This document shows, in pieces, positions 9,618-18,772 of a stretch of 64,000 nucleotides of DNA. Position 1 is the stretch's first letter. Every line of letters begins with the position of its first letter. The stretch lies in the NCBI GenBank assembly GCA_944359725.1, contig CALVSY010000004.1:1309-65308 (forward strand), in the 5' to 3' direction. This DNA comes from an uncultured Bacilli bacterium. GTDB taxonomy: Bacteria > Bacillota_I > Bacilli_A > RF39 > UBA660. The notes beneath the pieces were generated by a model. It was not told where the DNA came from and searched no databases. It saw nothing but the letters and a program-made list of their open reading frames with translations. The translations under genes and the position numbers were made by a program.

Positions 9618-10930
9618 GTATAGAGAAAATTATAATAAGCGTTTTAGCATCAATAATACAAAGTTTAGGATTACTTTTGGTAGTATTTAATTTAATACCA
9701 AACAAAAATAAAAATGATAAAATTAAATTTTTTATTATTATGTTTATATATGGTATTTTAAGTTTTTATTTAGTGCCAAATCAAATTAGATTTGTATTAT
9801 TTATAACAGTAATTGCGTTAATAATGAAGTTAATATTAAAATTGGATGGAGCTAAGATAATTTTATGTGCATTTTTTTCTACTATGATATTTTCTTTTTC
9901 AGAAATATTAGTTACATTATTTTTGATTGCATTAGGTATTAATTCTTCTGAAATTGTTAACGATATATTATATAATTTTATAGCGAATTTATTAATTTCA
10001 ATGTTATCATTAGGAATTTCGTGTTTACCAATTATAAAGAATTCTTTACAAAAGTTAAATAAAATATTTACAAAAAACAAGAATTTAGTTAAATATTTAT
10101 ATTTATTATTAGTTATATTATATTTAATAGTTTTAAAAAATGGTTTTGAATTAATTTTAAAGGCTAATTATTACATTAATATATTATTTATGGTAAGTGT
10201 TATTTTAATTATTACAATAATAATTAGAAATGAGTTTAAGTATGACAAAATAAAAGATGAGTATAAAAATATGTTGAATCACGTAACAAAATACGAAAAG
10301 ATAATAACTGATCAAGGTAAAGCAAATCATGAATTTAAGAATCAATTAATGGTAATACGTGGTTATGCACAAATGAATTCTCCTAAGCTAATTGAGTATC
10401 TAGATTCTGTAATAGAAGATTCTAAGAAGACTCATAGTAGTTATTTAATTAGTCAGTTAAATAAGTTTCCGGCCGGTGGTATAAAAGGTTTGCTTTATTA
10501 TAAGTTATCTACGATGGATGATGAAAATATAAAACATGAATTAAACGTTGAATCGGGTGTTAAAATAAGACTTGATACTTTAGGAACAGAAACTTATAAA
10601 AACATTACTAAGGTGCTTGGTGTATTATTTGATAATGCAATAGATGCATGTAAGAAAAGTAAAGATAAAAAGATTATAATTGATGTTGTTAAGAAAACTA
10701 ATTTAGTAACCTTTAGTATTTATAATACATATAAAGGTAAGATTGATATGGATAAGATCGGTACTGGTTTTACAACAAAAGGTTCTGGTCATGGATATGG
10801 TTTAAGATTAGTAAAAGATATTATTGAAAGTAGTAATATATTTGAGATAGAAAATGCTCTTGAAGATGAGTATTACGTAACTAAATTAACCATTAAAACT
10901 AAAAAGAAACAAATAAAAAAGAAAAAGTAA
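9614..10930 (+). CDS. agrC: AgrC-like (HPK10) membrane sensor histidine kinase
   Basis: Polytopic N-terminal half with about 6 TM segments. It has an H-box (ANHEFKNQLMVIRGY) and a GHKL ATPase G-box (GSGHGYGLRLV). It overlaps the regulator stop by 4 nt. Confidence 0.85.
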   Translation: MSIEKIIISVLASIIQSLGLLLVVFNLIPNKNKNDKIKFFIIMFIYGILSFYLVPNQIRFVLFITVIALIMKLILKLDGAKIILCAFFSTMIFSFSEILVTLFLIALGINSSEIVNDILYNFIANLLISMLSLGISCLPIIKNSLQKLNKIFTKNKNLVKYLYLLLVILYLIVLKNGFELILKANYYINILFMVSVILIITIIIRNEFKYDKIKDEYKNMLNHVTKYEKIITDQGKANHEFKNQLMVIRGYAQMNSPKLIEYLDSVIEDSKKTHSSYLISQLNKFPAGGIKGLLYYKLSTMDDENIKHELNVESGVKIRLDTLGTETYKNITKVLGVLFDNAIDACKKSKDKKIIIDVVKKTNLVTFSIYNTYKGKIDMDKIGTGFTTKGSGHGYGLRLVKDIIESSNIFEIENALEDEYYVTKLTIKTKKKQIKKKK

Positions 10931-10960
10931 TTTTATTATAAAACTTTTTCTTTTATTTAT
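10921..10960. terminator. Bidirectional hairpin shared by convergent agrC-like and agrD genes
   Basis: GAAAAAGT (10921-10928) pairs with ACTTTTTC (10943-10950). There is a T-run downstream on the + strand and an A-run upstream, which is a T-run for the minus strand. The element overlaps both stop codons. Confidence 0.6.
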
Positions 10961-11078
10961 TTAACATAGCCTTTGGTATTTCTGGTTCATCTACAAAAAT
11001 CCATAAACATCCGCTAGTTGCGCTAGCTGCTACCAAAGCTCCTAATGCTGATACAATAGAAATTAATATTGCTTTCAT
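10953..11078 (-). CDS. agrD: AgrD-type autoinducing peptide precursor (41 aa)
   Basis: Translated by hand: MKAILISIVSALGALVAASATSGCLWIFVDEPEIPKAMLNK. A GGAAAGGAG Shine-Dalgarno lies upstream. There is a single Cys in a hydrophobic core followed by an acidic, Pro-containing tail. The gene is immediately downstream of agrB on the same strand. Confidence 0.8.
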   Translation of the reverse strand: MKAILISIVSALGALVAASATSGCLWIFVDEPEIPKAMLNK

Positions 11079-11124
11079 TTACTACTTTACTACTCCTTTC
11101 CTAGATTTATTTAACCACCTAAAT

Positions 11125-11730
11125 CTAAGCGCTTAAACCATACTTTAAATAATTTTTATAAGGCATTTTAAATGCTTTATAGGTAATTGGAATGATTAAT
11201 ATACACTCAATTATTAATCCAATTATTAAGCTGTTAATTATTAAGTTATTATTTATGAATATTGTTATTAAAAAATATATTATTGTTACAATTACTGATA
11301 ATATTTTAAATTTAAGTCTTTTATTACTTTTTAATAAAGGTCTTTTTTTTGTATCAGCAGGTGCGTATTTTATCATGATTATTAATACTAAAAAATAAAG
11401 TATATATAAAACTTCTTTACTTATTGTAATGTGTTTACATAAAAATGCTCCTGTTAAAAATACTAAGCTTGAAAATATTAAGCATGTAATACTCTTATTA
11501 GCGTGCATTCCAAAAGCAAATAGTCTAATAAAGTTAAATGCAATCAGCAACACAATTAATTCTTTAAATACTCCAAGGATTAAAGATAATGCAAATATTA
11601 TTATTGTTTTTGTTATTGTAAGATAAATTCCTTCAATTCCATACATTATTTCATCTAACCTATCATTAGAATAATTAGGGTATTGTTTTTTTATTTGTTC
11701 TTTTAAAAATGTTAATAAACGTTTTTTCAT
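11125..11730 (-). CDS. agrB: Accessory gene regulator B (AgrD-processing membrane peptidase)
   Basis: 201 aa and polytopic. The motif IRLFAFGMHANKSITC has His and Cys 7 residues apart, the same spacing as the catalytic H77/C84 of S. aureus AgrB. Confidence 0.88.
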   Translation of the reverse strand: MKKRLLTFLKEQIKKQYPNYSNDRLDEIMYGIEGIYLTITKTIIIFALSLILGVFKELIVLLIAFNFIRLFAFGMHANKSITCLIFSSLVFLTGAFLCKHITISKEVLYILYFLVLIIMIKYAPADTKKRPLLKSNKRLKFKILSVIVTIIYFLITIFINNNLIINSLIIGLIIECILIIPITYKAFKMPYKNYLKYGLSA

Positions 11731-11972
11731 ACTGCACCTCGTTTATTTATTTCACGATTAATTCTACAATATAAAATTATATTAAATTTATTTTTAATAT
11801 TAAAAGCTTTATATTATTTATTAAATTAATAATATTATACAAAAATATTCAAAAAATACCTTTCAACTACTAAAAATGACATTTTAGATAAAAAGTGGGT
11901 ATTAAAATACATATTTTAGTATTATAAAGTAGCTCGCCGCGAAATTTGTCGAAATTTCTTGGACGATAAATA

Positions 11973-12002
11973 TTGATTATTACTGCTTACATGCGTTATA
12001 GT
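11973..12002 (+). promoter_or_regulatory. Candidate sigma-A promoter of the cold-shock gene
   Basis: TTGATT (11973-11978), an 18-nt spacer, then TATAGT (11997-12002). It lies about 35 nt upstream of the csp ATG. Confidence 0.45.
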
Positions 12003-12037
12003 AGAAGTGTAAGCAATAAGGGAAGTGAGGTGTAAGT

Positions 12038-12259
12038 ATGACTAAGGTGGGTAGAATCAAATGGTTCAACAACGAAAAGGGCTATGGTTTTATCGAAGGC
12101 GAAAATGATGAAGATATATTCGTTCATTATACAGCGATTAAGCAAGACGGATATAAAAGTTTATCAGAAGGACAGATAGTTGAATATGAATTATTAGAAA
12201 CGGAAAAAGGACTACAAGCTATCAATGTCAAAGAAGTATCAAATGCTACTGTTTGTTAG
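12038..12259 (+). CDS. csp: Cold-shock protein (CspA family)
   Basis: RNP1/RNP2 motifs are present ([20 protein letters not shown]). The protein is 73 aa, slightly extended at the C-terminus. Confidence 0.93.
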   Translation: MTKVGRIKWFNNEKGYGFIEGENDEDIFVHYTAIKQDGYKSLSEGQIVEYELLETEKGLQAINVKEVSNATVC

Positions 12260-12272
12260 TAGCATTTGTTTT
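12243..12272 (+). terminator. Rho-independent terminator after csp
   Basis: ATGCTACT (12243-12250) pairs with AGTAGCAT (12258-12265), followed by TTGTTTT. Confidence 0.7.
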
Positions 12273-12311
12273 CGTATTATGGTATAATTTATGTATAGGA
12301 GGACTGATATT

Positions 12312-12842
12312 ATGAGATATAATATTCGCGGAGAAAAAGTAGAAATAACTCCATCAATAAGAGCTTACATCGAAGATAAAATAGGTAAGCTAGATAAGTA
12401 TTTCGAAAACCCTGATACGATTAATGCAAACGTGGTAATTAAGGTTCGTGGAAAAGAACAAAAAATTGAGATAACAGTACCCGCTATGCATTATACTTTA
12501 AGAAGTGAAGAATCTCATGATGATTTATATGCCGCTATTGATCTTACGGTAGATAAATTAGAAAGGCAAATAAGAAAGAATAAAACAAAAATCAATTCAA
12601 GGAATAAAAAGAACATCATCCAAAACTTTGAACTTGATTTAGAAGATAGCTTAGAAGATGATGATTCAAAGGTTTTAAAAAGAAAAAAAATAGAAATGAA
12701 ACCAATGGACGAAGAAGAAGCTATGCTTCAGATGCAAATGTTAGGTCATTCGTTTTTCGTCTTTAAAAACACAGATACTGATTCCATTTGTGTATTATAC
12801 CTAAGAAAAGATGGTAATTATGGAATTATAGAGACAAAATAG
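12312..12842 (+). CDS. hpf: Ribosome hibernation promoting factor, long form (YvyD/Hpf)
   Basis: An AGGAGG Shine-Dalgarno precedes ATG 12312 (MRYNIRGEKVEITPSIRAYIEDKIGKLDKYF). The C-terminal dimerisation domain reads HSFFVFKNTDTDSICVLYLRKDGNYGIIE. It lies upstream of secA, as in Bacillus. Confidence 0.92.
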   Translation: MRYNIRGEKVEITPSIRAYIEDKIGKLDKYFENPDTINANVVIKVRGKEQKIEITVPAMHYTLRSEESHDDLYAAIDLTVDKLERQIRKNKTKINSRNKKNIIQNFELDLEDSLEDDDSKVLKRKKIEMKPMDEEEAMLQMQMLGHSFFVFKNTDTDSICVLYLRKDGNYGIIETK

Positions 12843-12927
12843 TAATAAACTTATAAGAAAGTAATTAATATACTTTAATTATTTTCTTTTTTTTGTTACA
12901 ATTATTTTTAGGGAGATGAAAATAATT

Positions 12928-15423
12928 ATGCTAAATTTTTTAAAAAAGATATTTGATCATGAATATAAAGAGCTAAATAAATTTAAGCAAATAGCGGACG
13001 AAGTATTTGCATTAGATGAAAAATATAAGAAAATGACTGATAAACAGTTACAAGGATGTACTAAAAAACTAAAGAAGCGTTTAGCTGACGGAGAGGCTTT
13101 AGATGACTTAATACCTGATGCTTTTGCACTTGTTAGGGAAGCTGCTTATCGTGTAATAGGAGAAAAACCTTTTTACGTACAAGTATTAGGTGCTCTTGCT
13201 ATTCATTTTGGTAACATAGCGGAAATGAAAACTGGTGAAGGTAAAACCTTAACTTGTGTTATGCCAGCATATTTAAACGCACTAACTGAAAAAGGTGTTC
13301 ACGTTGTAACGGTAAACGAATACCTAGCAACTCGTGATGCTAAATGGATGGGACAAATATATGAATTCTTAGGACTTAGTGTTGCGGTTAACTTAAGACA
13401 AATGTCACCAAAAGATAAAAAAGAAGCTTATAACTGTGATATTTTATATTCAACCAATAATGAACTTGGATTTGATTATTTAAGGGATAACATGGTTGTA
13501 AATAAAGAAAACAGGGTTCAAAGACCACTTAATTTTGCAATTATAGATGAGGTTGACTCGGTATTGATAGATGAAGCAAGAACTCCTTTAATTATATCTG
13601 GTGGAGTTATGAAATCTGCAAATTTATATAAAGAAGCAGACAGATTTGCAAAAACGTTAAAAGAAAATGAAGATTATACAATTGATGAAAAAACAAAGGA
13701 CATAACCTTAACGGATGAAGGTAGTCAAAAAGGTGAAAGATACTTTAGAGTAGGAAATTTGTATGATATTTCAAACACTGCTTTAGTTCATCATATTAAT
13801 CAAGCGTTAAAAGCAAACTACACGATGCATAATGATGTTGACTATGTAGTTCAAGAAGGAAAAGTTGTAATAGTAGATCAGTTTACCGGTAGACTAATGC
13901 CAGGTAGGGCTTTTTCTGAGGGCTTGCATCAAGCAATAGAAGCAAAAGAAAATGTACAAATTCAAGAAGAAACTAAAACGCTTGCAACGATTACTTTCCA
14001 AAATTACTTTAGAATGTATGAGAAATTATCAGGTATGACTGGTACTGCAAAAACAGAAGAAGAAGAATTTAGAAACATATATAATATGTTTGTTATTGAA
14101 ATTCCAACTAACCTACCAGTAATAAGAGAAGATGCTGCAGATTTAATATATTCAACTAAAGAAGAAAAGTATAAAGCTATTGTAAACGAAATTAAAAAAA
14201 GACATGAAACAGGTCAACCAGTTTTAGTTGGTACCATTGCAATTGAAACAAGTGAGTTAATAAGCGGAATGCTAAAAAAAGCTCATATAAAGCATGAAAT
14301 ATTAAATGCTAAAAATCATGCAAGAGAAGCTGAGATAATTGCAAAAGCCGGTGAAAAAGGCGCTGTTACAATCGCAACTAACATGGCTGGTCGTGGTACG
14401 GATATTAAGCTAGGCGAAGGTGTAAAAGAATTAGGAGGCTTATGTGTAATTGGAACTGAAAGACATGAGTCTCGTCGTATAGATAATCAGTTAAGAGGAC
14501 GTTCTGGTCGTCAAGGAGATCCAGGATTTAGCCAGTTCTTTGTGTCATTCGAAGATGATTTAATGGTTCGTTTTGGAACTGATAGATTTAAATCAATACT
14601 TGAAATGGCAGGTTTAGATAGTGAAAGAAACATGCGTAGTAAAACCATTACTAGATCTGTTGAAACGGCACAAAAAAGAGTTGAGGGAAATAACTTTGAT
14701 GCTCGTAAACACTTATTGCAATACGATGATGTAATGGGTAAACACCGTGAAATAATGTATGCTAAAAGAAATGAAATACTAGATAATGATGATATTCATG
14801 AAACCGTTTTAAATACCATGAAAGATCATATTGACTTAATGGTAAGAAAGCATACTAATGAAAAAGGTGTTATAACTGAAAAAGATGCAAATGAGATAGT
14901 TGAGTATGTTAATGAAAACTTGCTTAATCATTCTAACCTAAAATTATCTGAAATACTTAACAAAGAAATGAATGAAATAATTGAAGTTATTCAAAATAAA
15001 GTAATAACCGAATATGAAAATAAGATAAAAGAATTACCAGTAGAAATAAGAAATGATTTTGAAAAGGCTATTTCTTTAAGAGTTATAGATAACTACTGGA
15101 TGGAACACATAAACACAATGGATCATTTAAGAGAAGGTGTATCTTTAAGAGGATATGCTAATGAAGATCCACTTCAGGCTTATATAAGAGAAGGCTTTGA
15201 AATGTTTGACAACATGTTAGACAGAATAAATAAAGATATTACTTTATACTTGCTAAAAGCCGAAATAAGACAAAACTTACAGGTAAAAGAAGTAAAAGGA
15301 AACGCTAATTCTGGAAGCGAAAAAGCAGTTAAACAGGTTTCTAAAAAAACAAAGAAGATAGGAAGAAATGATCCTTGCCCATGTGGGAGCGGAAAAAAAT
15401 ATAAAAATTGCTGTGGTAAATAG
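12928..15423 (+). CDS. secA: Preprotein translocase ATPase SecA
   Basis: Walker A context MKTGEGKTL, DEAD-like IIDEVDSVLIDEARTPLIISG, and a C-terminal zinc motif CPCGSGKKYKNCCG. Start chosen at MLNFLKKIF. Confidence 0.97.
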   Translation: MLNFLKKIFDHEYKELNKFKQIADEVFALDEKYKKMTDKQLQGCTKKLKKRLADGEALDDLIPDAFALVREAAYRVIGEKPFYVQVLGALAIHFGNIAEMKTGEGKTLTCVMPAYLNALTEKGVHVVTVNEYLATRDAKWMGQIYEFLGLSVAVNLRQMSPKDKKEAYNCDILYSTNNELGFDYLRDNMVVNKENRVQRPLNFAIIDEVDSVLIDEARTPLIISGGVMKSANLYKEADRFAKTLKENEDYTIDEKTKDITLTDEGSQKGERYFRVGNLYDISNTALVHHINQALKANYTMHNDVDYVVQEGKVVIVDQFTGRLMPGRAFSEGLHQAIEAKENVQIQEETKTLATITFQNYFRMYEKLSGMTGTAKTEEEEFRNIYNMFVIEIPTNLPVIREDAADLIYSTKEEKYKAIVNEIKKRHETGQPVLVGTIAIETSELISGMLKKAHIKHEILNAKNHAREAEIIAKAGEKGAVTIATNMAGRGTDIKLGEGVKELGGLCVIGTERHESRRIDNQLRGRSGRQGDPGFSQFFVSFEDDLMVRFGTDRFKSILEMAGLDSERNMRSKTITRSVETAQKRVEGNNFDARKHLLQYDDVMGKHREIMYAKRNEILDNDDIHETVLNTMKDHIDLMVRKHTNEKGVITEKDANEIVEYVNENLLNHSNLKLSEILNKEMNEIIEVIQNKVITEYENKIKELPVEIRNDFEKAISLRVIDNYWMEHINTMDHLREGVSLRGYANEDPLQAYIREGFEMFDNMLDRINKDITLYLLKAEIRQNLQVKEVKGNANSGSEKAVKQVSKKTKKIGRNDPCPCGSGKKYKNCCGK

Positions 15424-15637
15424 CTTATAAAATAAGGGAAAATTTTATAAAAAAGTTAGCATTCATTTGCTAGCTTTTTAATTTTAGTAAAGTTTAGTTT
15501 GCGCGAAATAGCATGACAATAGACATATTATTTTATAAAAACATAATAAATCATATATTATAAAAAATTATTAAAATTTATGATATTGTATTAAAAACGC
15601 ATTATTTATTGTTATAATATAAATAAGGAGGGATTAT

Positions 15638-15889
15638 ATGAAATGTCCAGTATGTACAGATGTTACTTTATTAATGTCAGAAAAAAAGGGTGTTGAAATT
15701 GATTACTGTCCAGAATGTCGTGGTATTTGGCTTGACAGAGGAGAACTAGAAAAAATAATGGAAAAAGAGGAAAAAACATTTGATGAAATAAAAAAAGAAT
15801 CAAGTTCTTCAAACGATGATAAGAAAACATCAAAGAAAAAAAGAAAAGGCTCTTTTATTGGTGAAATATTTGATATGTTTGGTGATTAA
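15638..15889 (+). CDS. TFIIB-type zinc-ribbon protein (zf-TFIIB, PF13453-like)
   Basis: MKCPVCTDV...IDYCPECRGIWLDRGELEKI forms a CxxC...CxxC ribbon, followed by a K/S-rich tail. Confidence 0.7.
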   Translation: MKCPVCTDVTLLMSEKKGVEIDYCPECRGIWLDRGELEKIMEKEEKTFDEIKKESSSSNDDKKTSKKKRKGSFIGEIFDMFGD

Positions 15890-15920
15890 AACTACTTTTA
15901 AAGTAGTTTTTGTTATTTTT
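15889..15920 (+). terminator. Rho-independent terminator
   Basis: AAACTACTT (15889-15897) pairs with AAGTAGTTT (15901-15909), followed by a T-run. Confidence 0.75.
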
Positions 15921-16047
15921 TTAACACATTTATATAGTAAAATATAAAACTAATATAATAAGCTTGGAAAATAATACCACATGTAATTAATTAAATTTTA
16001 ATTTTAATAATATTAATATTGTGTTATAATTGATAATAGGTGATTAT

Positions 16048-17143
16048 ATGGAAATTACAAGTAAGGAAATAAATGCTTTAGATAATAAGTTTAATCATGT
16101 GTGGAGGTATCTTTGAAGTAGATAATAAAAACAGAAAAATAAAAGAATTAAATGAAGTATTAAAAGATCCTAATATTTGGGATAATCCATCTAATGCCGA
16201 AAAAATAACCAAGGAACTTAGTAGTTTAAAAAACTTGGTTAACCCAGTTATCAAAATAAAAGATAACATAGATGTGTTAAAACAATTTAATGAGTTTTCC
16301 CAAGCAGAACTCGATGAAGAGTTAAAACTTCAGTTTGAAAGTTTATTTAAAGAAACTGACGAATTATTAAAAGAAGAAGAAATACTAACTTATCTAAATG
16401 GAAAATATGATAATAATCCTGCTATTTTTGAAATACACGCCGGGGCCGGTGGTACAGAAAGTTGTGATTGGGCCTTGATGCTTTCTAGAATGTACACAAA
16501 GTATTTTGAAAAAAAAGGTTATTCATATGAAATGATAGATAAGCAAGACGGAGAAGAAGCTGGGCTTAAAAGTATTGTGTACATCGTTAAGGGAAATTAC
16601 GCGTATGGATATTTAAAAAATGAAAAAGGGGTTCATCGCTTAGTTAGATTATCACCTTTTGATTCTAATAATAGAAGACATACTTCTTTTGCAGCGGTAG
16701 ACGTTATACCTGAGTTTGATAATAACATCGATATTAACTTTAACGATAAAGATTTAAGAATAGATGTTTATAGAAGCACTGGTGCGGGAGGACAAGGAGT
16801 TAATACAACAGATAGTGCCGTTAGAATAACTCACTTGCCAACTGGTATTGTAGTTACTTGCCAAAACGAAAGAAGTCAGCTTAAAAACAAAGAAACTGCT
16901 TTAAAAGTTTTAAAAAGTAAGCTTTATCAAATTGAACTTAAAAAAAGACAGGATGCTGTTAATGATATAAAAAAAGATCACAATGAAATAGAATTTGGAT
17001 CCCAAATAAGAAGCTATGTGCTTCATCCATATTCCATGATAAAAGATCACCGAACAGGTTATGAGACATCCAACGTAAACAAGGTTTTAGATGGTGATTT
17101 AGATGATTTTATAGAAAGTAATCTAAAAGGAGAAAAAATATAA
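16048..17143 (+). CDS. prfB: Peptide chain release factor 2, expressed via programmed +1 frameshift
   Basis: Frame 0 reads MEITSKEINALDNKFNHVWRYL then UGA (16114-16116). The +1 frame continues from 16115 as EVDNKNRKIKEL... with the RF2 motifs SPF (LSPFDS) and GGQ (GAGGQGVN). Confidence 0.95.
16103..16117 (+). promoter_or_regulatory. RF2 autoregulatory +1 frameshift site
   Basis: The sequence GGAGG TAT CTT TGA A has an internal SD-like GGAGG (16103-16107) 3 nt upstream of the slippery CUU-UGA (16111-16116). Confidence 0.92.
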
Positions 17144-18048
17144 TGAGGCTATTTAGAAAACTAAAAGAAAAAGAAGCTAAAAAGGTTTTAAAAATTGTTG
17201 AAACTGCTCATTTGTTTAAAAGATATGTGTTTTTATTAATAGGTATAAGTATTTATGCAATAGCATATAATTTGTTTTTCTTTAAAAACAACATTGTGTA
17301 TGGAGGCGCAAGTGGTATATCAATTATTACGCAAGAGTTAATTGATCCTTCAAAGATGATTCTTATTTTAAATGCTTTTTTCTTAATTTTGAGTTTTATC
17401 TTTTTAGGAAGAAAAAAATCTATGGATTCTCTTGTTGGATCCCTTCTTTTTCCGTTAATGGTAAAATTAACTGCTAACGTAGGAGATTATATACAAATAG
17501 AAAATGATAATTTGCTTTTAATTGCAATTGTCGGTGGTGTTTGCATAGGAGCAGCAGCAGGAATCGTTTTTAAAAGTGGATTTACAACCGGTGGTACTGA
17601 TATTTTAAACCAGATTGTTGCTAAGTATTTTAAAGTATCAATTGGAACATCAATGTTAATGACTGATGGTATTATTGTTTTAGTTGGAGGATTTTTCTTT
17701 GGATGGACTAGAGTATTATACGCAATAATCGTCCTTTACATAATTAATATCATGGTTGATAAAGTTGTTCTTGGAATATCAAGTAATAAAGCCGTATACA
17801 TAACAACAACTGAAGATGATTTAATGTGTGATTATTTATTAAACGAGCTAAAACTAGGTATTACTTTAATTGAAACAAGAGGTGGATACACTAATAAAAG
17901 AGATCAAATCATATTATGTGTTGTTCCAACTAGCGAATATTTTAAAGTTAGAGAAGGTGTTCATCAGATCGATAAAAACGCGGTTGTTTTAGTAACGGAT
18001 GCCTATGAAACATCCGGAACATATCAAGGTAATACAAGCATTATTTAG
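17143..18048 (+). CDS. YitT-family membrane protein (with C-terminal DUF2179)
   Basis: 301 aa with about 5 TM segments (GGASGISIITQ, GFTTGGTDIL) and a soluble C-terminal domain (ITLIETRGGYT). The start overlaps the prfB stop (TAATG). Confidence 0.72.
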   Translation: MRLFRKLKEKEAKKVLKIVETAHLFKRYVFLLIGISIYAIAYNLFFFKNNIVYGGASGISIITQELIDPSKMILILNAFFLILSFIFLGRKKSMDSLVGSLLFPLMVKLTANVGDYIQIENDNLLLIAIVGGVCIGAAAGIVFKSGFTTGGTDILNQIVAKYFKVSIGTSMLMTDGIIVLVGGFFFGWTRVLYAIIVLYIINIMVDKVVLGISSNKAVYITTTEDDLMCDYLLNELKLGITLIETRGGYTNKRDQIILCVVPTSEYFKVREGVHQIDKNAVVLVTDAYETSGTYQGNTSII

Positions 18049-18073
18049 TAATAGATGTAGGAAGGTGAAGTAA

Positions 18074-18772
18074 ATGGAATTTATTAAGTTTAGAGGTGCC
18101 GAAAAGACTTACAAAAACGGAGTAAATGCAATATATGATTTAAACTTAGATATTAAAAAAGGAGAGTTTGTCTTTGTAACTGGAGCATCAGGTTCGGGCA
18201 AGTCAACTCTTATAAAGATGTTATACCGAGAGGAAAAACCAACACATGGAGAAATTTATGTCGGCGGCGTAAACGTTGCTAAGATAAAAAACAGTAAGGT
18301 TTATAAACTAAGAAGAAAAATAGGAATTGTGTTTCAGGATTTTAAATTACTTCCTAAACTTACGGTTTATGAAAACGTGGCTTTTGCGCTTGAAATATAC
18401 GGATTACCAACTCAGGAAGTAAAAAGAAAAGTCTTAAAAGCACTTGATTTAGTTGGATTAAAATCAAGAACAAAAAGCTATCCAGATCAGTTATCAGGAG
18501 GGGAACAACAACGTGTTGCAATCGCCCGTGCGATCGTTAACTCACCAAAACTTTTAATATGTGATGAGCCAACGGGTAATTTGGATCCTGATACAAGCTT
18601 AGGAATTATGAAAGTAATAGAAAAAATCAATGATTTAGGAACGACCGTTGTAATGGTAACTCATGATAAAGAAATGGTAAACAAAATGAAGAAAAGAGTT
18701 ATTTTGTTGGATAATGGAAAACTTGTAAAAGATTATGAGAAAGGAAGTTATGTAAAATATGAAAGCGCTTAG
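18074..18772 (+). CDS. ftsE: Cell-division ABC transporter ATPase FtsE
   Basis: Walker [10 protein letters not shown], signature [14 protein letters not shown] and Walker [13 protein letters not shown]. Confidence 0.93.
   Translation: MEFIKFRGAEKTYKNGVNAIYDLNLDIKKGEFVFVTGASGSGKSTLIKMLYREEKPTHGEIYVGGVNVAKIKNSKVYKLRRKIGIVFQDFKLLPKLTVYENVAFALEIYGLPTQEVKRKVLKALDLVGLKSRTKSYPDQLSGGEQQRVAIARAIVNSPKLLICDEPTGNLDPDTSLGIMKVIEKINDLGTTVVMVTHDKEMVNKMKKRVILLDNGKLVKDYEKGSYVKYESA

Noticed and set aside
11731-11900. Search for LytTR (AgrA-type) direct repeats upstream of agrB.
   Set aside because: I found only weak similarity, such as TAGTAGTTGAAAGG on the minus strand near a possible -35, and no second copy at ~21-bp spacing. 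In 80% AT DNA such matches are not meaningful without a position weight matrix scan.
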